64,000 bases of DNA from positions 1 to 64,000 of the forward strand of contig DASPSR010000019.1 of NCBI GenBank assembly GCA_035623825.1, written 5' to 3'. Numbering within the stretch: the stretch's first letter is position 1; each line of letters opens with the position of its first letter. Below the pieces are notes generated by a model, which made no database searches, was not told the DNA's origin, and saw nothing but the letters and a program-made list of their open reading frames with translations. Shown here piece after piece: positions 58,239-64,000 of the stretch. The translations under genes and the position numbers were made by a program. The stretch comes from Nitrospirota bacterium. Its GTDB lineage: Bacteria > Nitrospirota > UBA9217.

Positions 58239-58483
58239 CGTTTAGAATAAATGTTCCCCCCGGATGTGTAAAAAATTATCGACAACTCTACTAAAATTGC
58301 ATCGATATCCGGGCTGTTGACGACCAGCGGCGATAAAAGTGCTTGCAGCGGATGTCAGATCTATCAGAGGGAGGTGGTGTGGATTGGCGGATCCGCCTTT
58401 TGCCTGAAGCGTTTTCACCACGAAGCAGGAGTATCCCTTATGGTGCTGAAAGTCTCATAACAGAAAGGGGGGGCCACATCTAT

Positions 58484-60184
58484 ATGGAAGAAAAAACAAA
58501 GGGAATAAGTGAAGACTGGCTTGCAGTATGGATCGGATTATTCATCTTCGTTGTTTCTCTTGGAGCCTTTGTCGGCATGGACATCCTCGGGTGGGGTGTG
58601 ACCACAGGGGTATGGACGGATATCTCCAAGGCATTGAAGCCGGTATCGGCAGCTTACGCAGGCCTCGGAGGATGGGGATCGCTTATCGTAACATATATTA
58701 TTCTGCTCATCGTTATGACAATCGGCGCTGTAGCGCTTAAAGCAGACATCAAAAAGTTTATTCTGAGTTTTTCCGTTGTATTCTTAATAAGCTATATTTG
58801 CTGGATTGTCGGGAGCTGGGCGCACATTGCTGTGACAACGCCGCCGGATATGCAGAAGTTCGGCATCACCTGGTCGTTAAAACTCACGCCGGAAGCGGGA
58901 TTTGTTGTCGCGCTTGTCGTCGGCCTCTTCTTCGGCAACTTCGTCCCAAGCCTTGCCGAAGCCATTAAAGAAGCCGTGCGGCCCGAGTTGTACATTAAAA
59001 CCGCTATTGTCATCTTAGGCGGATTTCTGGGTGTGACCGCGGCAGAGAAGCTTGGCCTCGCTTCGGCAGTTATGTTCCGAGGACTCTGCGCCATCGTCGA
59101 AGCGTACCTTATCTACTGGGCGCTCGTCTACTTCATCGCGCGCAAGTACTTCAAGTTCAGCCGCGAATGGGCCGCGCCACTGGCCTCAGGCATTTCGATT
59201 TGCGGTGTGTCGGCGGCTATCGCCACGGGCGGCGCTATCAAGGCTAGACCGGTTGTGCCTATCATGGTCTCTTCGCTTGTGGTGATTTTCGCCGTAGTCG
59301 AACTCATCATCCTGCCGTTCTTTGCTGAGACATTTCTCCACAAAGAGCCAATGGTCGCGGGTGCATGGATGGGCTTGGCCGTCAAGACGGATGGAGCCGC
59401 CGTAGCAAGCGGAGCCGTGGCTGATTCGCTCATCCGCGCGAAGGCGCTCGCGGTCGATGCCGTGAATTACAAAGAGGGATGGATCATGGGTGCTGCCACG
59501 ACGGTCAAGGTTTTCATCGACATCTTCATCGGCGTGTGGGCTTTTGTCCTGGCCATCATCTGGTGCTCGGTGATCGAGTGCAAGCCCGGTGAAAAAGTGC
59601 GGCCTGGACAGATATGGGACCGCTTTCCGAAATTTGTCATTGGTTATGTCGTTACGTTTATCATCATCCTTCTTATATGCATTCCTGCCTCAAGGAGCGT
59701 GAACGATTTAAGCGGCCAAGTAGCGCCGCTGACGAAGCAGATCTCAACCGATGAGATGCAACTTGCCTCCCTGAATAAACAGGTTGCCGACGAAGAGGGC
59801 CGGTTGTCCGCCGCGAAGCGCAAGGAAAAGGCAACCCTGATGAACCAGATCGCAAACGACAAGGCCGCAGCCGCTTCCCTAGCTGACAAGATTGCAAAAG
59901 AAAAAGCACAACTAGCGCCCTTGAACGATGAGCTTAAAGCCCCGAAGGCAACTATGAGCGCGGCTAAGGCTGCGACCAGTGAGGCCAACGTGTTCCGTGG
60001 GATATTCTTCGTTATGACCTTCTTCACGATAGGTCTGGTATCGAACTTCAAGAAGCTTTGGGAGGAAGGCATCGGCAAGCTCGCGGCGGTATACGTGATT
60101 TCGCTTTTCGGGTTCATCATCTGGATCGGGCTCATTATTTCGTACATCTTCTTCCACGGCGTGAAACCGCCACTGGCAGGTTAG
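58484..60184 (+). CDS. Putative sulfate exporter family (YeiH/UPF0324) transporter with a coiled-coil insertion
   Basis: SEDWLAVWIG, RPELYIKTAIVILG, LASGISICGVSAAIAT, AGAWMGLAVKTDGAA, K..ID.FIG, IWDRFPKFVIG and FF.MTFFTIG; multiple TM segments. Confidence 0.9.
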   Translation: MEEKTKGISEDWLAVWIGLFIFVVSLGAFVGMDILGWGVTTGVWTDISKALKPVSAAYAGLGGWGSLIVTYIILLIVMTIGAVALKADIKKFILSFSVVFLISYICWIVGSWAHIAVTTPPDMQKFGITWSLKLTPEAGFVVALVVGLFFGNFVPSLAEAIKEAVRPELYIKTAIVILGGFLGVTAAEKLGLASAVMFRGLCAIVEAYLIYWALVYFIARKYFKFSREWAAPLASGISICGVSAAIATGGAIKARPVVPIMVSSLVVIFAVVELIILPFFAETFLHKEPMVAGAWMGLAVKTDGAAVASGAVADSLIRAKALAVDAVNYKEGWIMGAATTVKVFIDIFIGVWAFVLAIIWCSVIECKPGEKVRPGQIWDRFPKFVIGYVVTFIIILLICIPASRSVNDLSGQVAPLTKQISTDEMQLASLNKQVADEEGRLSAAKRKEKATLMNQIANDKAAAASLADKIAKEKAQLAPLNDELKAPKATMSAAKAATSEANVFRGIFFVMTFFTIGLVSNFKKLWEEGIGKLAAVYVISLFGFIIWIGLIISYIFFHGVKPPLAG

Positions 60185-60198
60185 GAAAGGAGACTATT

Positions 60199-60366
60199 AT
60201 GGCTGAACAACCGAAACTGGCTGAAGAGTTGAAAAAGATGGAATGGGAGCCGCTCCTTCCCGTGGAGAAAAAGCTCATTGGATGGAGTATCGGTCTTGGA
60301 ATCGTCCTGCTCGGCATCCTCGTCTGGGTCAGTTACACGTTTTTCCCGGCTGGCGCAGGACACTGA
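60199..60366 (+). CDS. Small single-TM protein, probable partner of the transporter
   Basis: AAGGAG RBS, 14 bp after the transporter stop; MAEQPKLAEELKKMEWEPLLPVEKKLIGWSIGLGIVLLGILVWVSYTFFPAGAGH; a terminator follows. Confidence 0.8.
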   Translation: MAEQPKLAEELKKMEWEPLLPVEKKLIGWSIGLGIVLLGILVWVSYTFFPAGAGH

Positions 60367-60387
60367 TACAGGATGAAGTACGAGATT

Positions 60388-60417
60388 GCGGCAGGGACAT
60401 TCCCTGCCGCTTTTGTT
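60388..60417 (+). terminator. Intrinsic terminator
   Basis: GCGGCAGGGA-CAT-TCCCTGCCGC-TTTTGTT. Confidence 0.8.
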
Positions 60418-60756
60418 AGAAAGGGCGACTTTGAATTGAATGTTTTGGCTTATCAGCCTTGAGTGGGGATTTCCGTCCAGTCTTAACACCATCGTCATTT
60501 CGATACCTACCCGGCAGGCGACAACGCCGCAGTTACCGCCATGGTCGCGCTCATTCCCGCATGATCGGGGGAAGAGGGCGATTCTCTTCTGCGCCGGCGC
60601 CCCGTGCTCCCGAGGGTGATCCCGACAATCCAGCAGGCAAACAGCTTTCGGCGCTCATGGGGGTGTAGTCGCAGGCCCACCCCGCTGCTCCGGGTGCCCA
60701 TACCCAGCTTATAATCAAATTTATGCGACAATGAATTTCCCTGTATCCCCGTCACC

Positions 60757-60777
60757 TTTGTGATATTTTTGTGATAT
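60757..60777. promoter_or_regulatory. Direct repeat TTTGTGATAT x2 with 11-bp period, candidate transcription factor site
   Basis: Exact copies at 60757-60766 and 60768-60777, 58 bp upstream of the SDR gene. Confidence 0.4.
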
Positions 60778-60835
60778 CCTTTTTTATAGGCGATGTATAT
60801 AAGCCGTTCTTACTATCTCAAACGAGAGGCAATTC

Positions 60836-61717
60836 ATGATTCTCGTTACGGGCGGTACAGGGTTTGTTGGCGGGCATCTGATCCGGCGCCTACGCAGAGA
60901 TGCACTTCCGGTTAGGGCTCTCGCAAGACATCCGGACAGGGCGCAGGCGCTCATCGACCTCGGCGTAGAGGTGGTCCCCGGCGATATTGAGAACAAAACT
61001 GCTCTCGAGAAGGCGGTAGAGGGCGTTGAGCGCGTCGTCCATCTCGTCGGTATTATTCAGGAGGTTCCGGGCGTATCTTTCCGTACCGTGCATGTGGAGG
61101 GAACACGGAACATGGTCGAGGCTGCGCGCAAAGCCGGTGTTCTCCACTTCTTCCACCAGAGCGCACTCGGCACACGTCCCGGGGCGAAAAGTGAGTATCA
61201 CCGGACCAAGTGGGAAGCCGAAGAGCTCGTTCGCAAGAGCGGCATTCCCTTTACTATCCTGAGGCCATCGCTGATTTACGGCCCAGGAGATGCTTTCACC
61301 TCAAGGCTGTCGGAGGTTCTAAGGCGCGCTCCAGTCATGCCGGTCATTGGTTCGGGCAAGTCCAGAGTCCAGCCCATCTACATAGACGACGTCGTGTCCT
61401 GTATGGTCAAGGCTCTGACGGACAATGCTTTCCTGAATGAGATCTATGAGATTGGCGGACCTCAGCAACTGACCTATGAAGAGGTGATGGTGGAGATTGC
61501 CAAGGCATTAGGCCTGAAAAGACCGGCGGTTCACCTGCCATTATTTCTTATGGAGCCAATGACTCGCGTGCTCGAGAGCGTCCTCTCGAATCCGCCCTTG
61601 ACAACAGACCAGATTGTGATGCTGCAGGAGGACAATGTGTGCTCCATGCGCGATATCCGTGACGCTTTCGGAATCGAGCCCGTGACGTTCAGTGAGGGGC
61701 TTAAGAAATTCACCTGA
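60836..61717 (+). CDS. NAD(P)-binding atypical SDR, complex I NDUFA9-like family
   Basis: TGGTGFVG, HLVGII, HVEGTRN, SALG, YHRTK (YxxxK), LRPSLIYG, QPIYIDDV and YEIGGP. Confidence 0.92.
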   Translation: MILVTGGTGFVGGHLIRRLRRDALPVRALARHPDRAQALIDLGVEVVPGDIENKTALEKAVEGVERVVHLVGIIQEVPGVSFRTVHVEGTRNMVEAARKAGVLHFFHQSALGTRPGAKSEYHRTKWEAEELVRKSGIPFTILRPSLIYGPGDAFTSRLSEVLRRAPVMPVIGSGKSRVQPIYIDDVVSCMVKALTDNAFLNEIYEIGGPQQLTYEEVMVEIAKALGLKRPAVHLPLFLMEPMTRVLESVLSNPPLTTDQIVMLQEDNVCSMRDIRDAFGIEPVTFSEGLKKFT

Positions 61718-62168
61718 TCCTCATCGGACCGATCCCTTCTTCCTCTTTCTTAGCCTCAGCGGTGTTGGGCGATGCTACATCAACCAGAAATACTCGACTC
61801 ATTTTTTCTTCAATCAGTTTGGTATAAATTTCTTGCGAGAACTCATGGTCCATGATAGTTCTTAACGCAGCTTCCTTTGTCTCCGCCAGCTTGGCCCTTC
61901 TCTTTGGAGTTACCTTGACGGTAACAACATTGCCCTTCGTGACCACCTTATATCCCAAAAAGTAAAAGTCCTGTTGATTCTCCACATTATGCCGAAACGT
62001 TTCCAAGTTTGAATCGTATTCTTTTAAGATGGAATCATACTCTTTGGTGGTCTGTATCGATCCGTAGAGATATCCTGCTATCAATGCAAAGCCAAGGATG
62101 CTTGATGCGATAGACAGAACTTCAAAGTAGAACAGCGCATTGAGCAGCTTTTCTTTAATCCATTCCAT
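61710..62168 (-). CDS. Hypothetical protein with an N-terminal TM anchor
   Basis: 152 aa ORF with GGAGG RBS and one hydrophobic helix; AT-richer codons; no recognised motif. Confidence 0.6.
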   Translation of the reverse strand: MEWIKEKLLNALFYFEVLSIASSILGFALIAGYLYGSIQTTKEYDSILKEYDSNLETFRHNVENQQDFYFLGYKVVTKGNVVTVKVTPKRRAKLAETKEAALRTIMDHEFSQEIYTKLIEEKMSRVFLVDVASPNTAEAKKEEEGIGPMRIR

Positions 62169-62648
62169 GAAGGTGCCCCTCCATTTCGCATCCTTCAGAT
62201 AAACCTATAGTAGCACAAATGCGAAAGAAGAGCAATAACGGAATTAATCCAAGCTAGACCTTGATCCAAGCAGATTGCAGGAATGTTCGGGTAGCTGGAG
62301 TCTTCTTGGCACGGGCCAGTGGCGGGGGCGTTACGCAGTAGCGGACGCATAAGCAAGGAATGGGGAAAATGTAGACTCTCTTTTCGATTGTTGCTCAAAC
62401 ATGCAACAATACCCAGAAAAAAAATCTAAAACAACTAAATAGCGCTTTACTTTTTCTTTTCAGTATGCTATTTTTGAGTCCAGAAACTGCCCACTTCTTC
62501 CGCTTACCCCGCCAAAATATTCTATTCCAGTACTCATTGATTCTAAAAAAATCGGTATCACGGTAGCTCTGTGTCCTATCAGGATACAACATATCTTCTA
62601 TTTTACCCAGAAAGGGAGATCACGTTTCGACTAAACCCGGGACCCTGT

Positions 62649-64000
62649 ATGCATGAGAGCGAACATTTATTTTATTCATTAATTCAGAATTCCTCCGACA
62701 TCATCACTATTCTCAAGGAAGACGGCACCATATCCTATGAAAGTCCCTCTGTTAAGCGTCTGCTCGGATACGCAGTCGATGATTTAATTGGCAGGAATGC
62801 TTTCGAACTAATTCACCCTGACGATTTATCAAAAGCAAGGAATGCGCTTGCCGAGGTCATCCGGACCCCCGAAGCCACTCTTTCGACCCAATTCAGGTTC
62901 CGGCATAAAGACGGCTCATGGCGCGTGATCGAAGCCACAGGGAGCAACCAACTTCAGAATGCCATGGTTATGGGCATTGTGGTCAATTCGCGTGATGTTA
63001 CCAAGCGTACAGAGGCCGACGAATTGCTGCGGGAAGCAAGGAAGCGTGCAGAGGATGAAAGAGCAAAGACCGAGGCGGTAATCGCGGCCGTAGGCGAAGG
63101 CATCAGCATTCAAGATATTGACTATAGAATATTATACCAAAACCAGCATTCTAAAGACATGGTGGGGGACCACGAGGGAGAGTTCTGTTACAGGGCGTAT
63201 CAGTGCGAGGACCAGGTTTGTGAAGGATGTCATCTTGCCATGTCTTTTGAGGACGGAGGAATACACAAGAAAGAGCAATTGAGAGTAACCGATGAGGGAA
63301 TCCTACACTATGAAATCATAGCCTCGCCTTTAAGAGATTCAACAGGGAAAATCGTTGCAGGCATCGAGGCGGTGAGAGATATAACCTTGCGCAAGCAGAT
63401 CGAAGAGAAGCTGCGCCAAAGTGAAGAAAGATTCCGCACAATTTTCGAAGACGGGCCGCTCGGTATGCTCATCGCTGATCCGAACTACAAGGTTCTCAAG
63501 GCCAATAAGGCTCTCTGCAAGATGCTTGGATATGCCGAAGATGAAATGATAGGGCGCAGCATTGGGGCAATGACCCACGCTGAAGACGTAGAAAAGAGTG
63601 AGGGTCTATCTAAGCAACTTCTTCATGGTAAAGTCCCCATGTTTCGCTTAGAGAAGCGGTATATGACAAAAAGCGGGGAGGCGCTCTGGGTCGATCTTAC
63701 GGTTACTGCGATCCGCGGGCAAAATGAAGAGGTACTCTATGCCTTGGGGATGGTTGAGGACATCAGCAGACGCAAGCTGGCCGAACAGGAACGAGAAAGA
63801 CTGGTCCGCGACCTGCAGCAGGCACTCGACAGGGCTAAGACGCTGCATGGCCTGCTTCCCATGTGTGCCTGGTGCAAAAAAATACGCAATGATAAAGGCT
63901 ATTGGCAGAAAGTGGAGACTTATGTTCAAGAAAATTCCAGCGCTGCGTTCACCCATGGAATATGCCCTGAATGTTTAAAGAAAGTTGACCCCGCAACTGC
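62649..64000 (+). CDS. Multi-PAS sensor protein with C-terminal Cys/His zinc-ribbon-like domain (partial, runs off the window)
   Basis: Open frame from ATG 62649 to the window end: LIQNSSDIITIL..SPSV..LLGY..IHPDD (PAS1), Cys-rich PAS2, SEERFRTIFE..PAS3, then LHGLLPMCAWCKKIRNDKGYW...FTHGICPEC. Not in the ORF track because there is no stop. Confidence 0.9.
   Translation, partial: MHESEHLFYSLIQNSSDIITILKEDGTISYESPSVKRLLGYAVDDLIGRNAFELIHPDDLSKARNALAEVIRTPEATLSTQFRFRHKDGSWRVIEATGSNQLQNAMVMGIVVNSRDVTKRTEADELLREARKRAEDERAKTEAVIAAVGEGISIQDIDYRILYQNQHSKDMVGDHEGEFCYRAYQCEDQVCEGCHLAMSFEDGGIHKKEQLRVTDEGILHYEIIASPLRDSTGKIVAGIEAVRDITLRKQIEEKLRQSEERFRTIFEDGPLGMLIADPNYKVLKANKALCKMLGYAEDEMIGRSIGAMTHAEDVEKSEGLSKQLLHGKVPMFRLEKRYMTKSGEALWVDLTVTAIRGQNEEVLYALGMVEDISRRKLAEQERERLVRDLQQALDRAKTLHGLLPMCAWCKKIRNDKGYWQKVETYVQENSSAAFTHGICPECLKKVDPAT

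Noticed and set aside
58355-58470. Possible SAM-I riboswitch upstream of the sulfate-exporter gene (TATCAGAG...GGTGG...GGTGCTGAA)
   Set aside because: It lacks the GCAAC core, the closing GAT of P1 and the pseudoknot pairing; the resemblance is superficial.
1-64000. CRISPR arrays, IS/transposases, integrases or prophage at the three tRNA genes
   Set aside because: I saw no regularly spaced 23-47 bp repeats, no transposase, integrase or phage ORFs, and no duplicated tRNA 3' ends.

Overview
This is a gene-dense, mostly housekeeping bacterial chromosome segment of moderately high GC. Gene order (rplM-rpsI-argC-argJ; RDD-mreBCD-mrdA-rodA-radical SAM-rng; argH-lipoprotein-lysA-dapF-dapA-dapB) suggests Nitrospirota or a related deltaproteobacteria-like lineage; this is an inference. 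Contents in order: rplM/rpsI, argCJ, an expanded macromolecular-synthesis locus (rpsU-yqeY-NIF3-like-mutS2-dnaG-rpoD-tRNA-Ile2-Zn-ribbon-RNase HI-rnpB), Smr, an Fe-S-cluster-less MutY-like glycosylase, an orphan radical SAM/SPASM enzyme, and trpB2. Next come an acetate/acyl-CoA module (Crp, Pta-N/DRTGG protein, ADP-forming acyl-CoA synthetase, CoA-transferase-GNAT fusion), tRNA-Val/Asp, a bacterioferritin-like gene, a cyclophilin, argGH and the DapL lysine pathway from dapA to lysA, then folK-dNK-panC. The mre/rod cluster is interrupted by a diguanylate cyclase, and the window ends with an RNA methyltransferase, an aminotransferase, a sulfate-exporter-family transporter with a small partner, an SDR and a truncated multi-PAS protein. 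I saw no CRISPR array, transposase, integrase or rRNA. The most notable unexplained signal is that about a dozen operon-internal spacers are built from degenerate 6-10 nt tandem units, usually followed by a roughly complementary array, like relics of a repeat-flanked cassette system. Other leads are a DsbC with an N-terminal CxxCH, an LptM-like lipoprotein fused to FN3 repeats, and the acetate/acetylation module. All calls come from motif recognition by eye; no searches were run.
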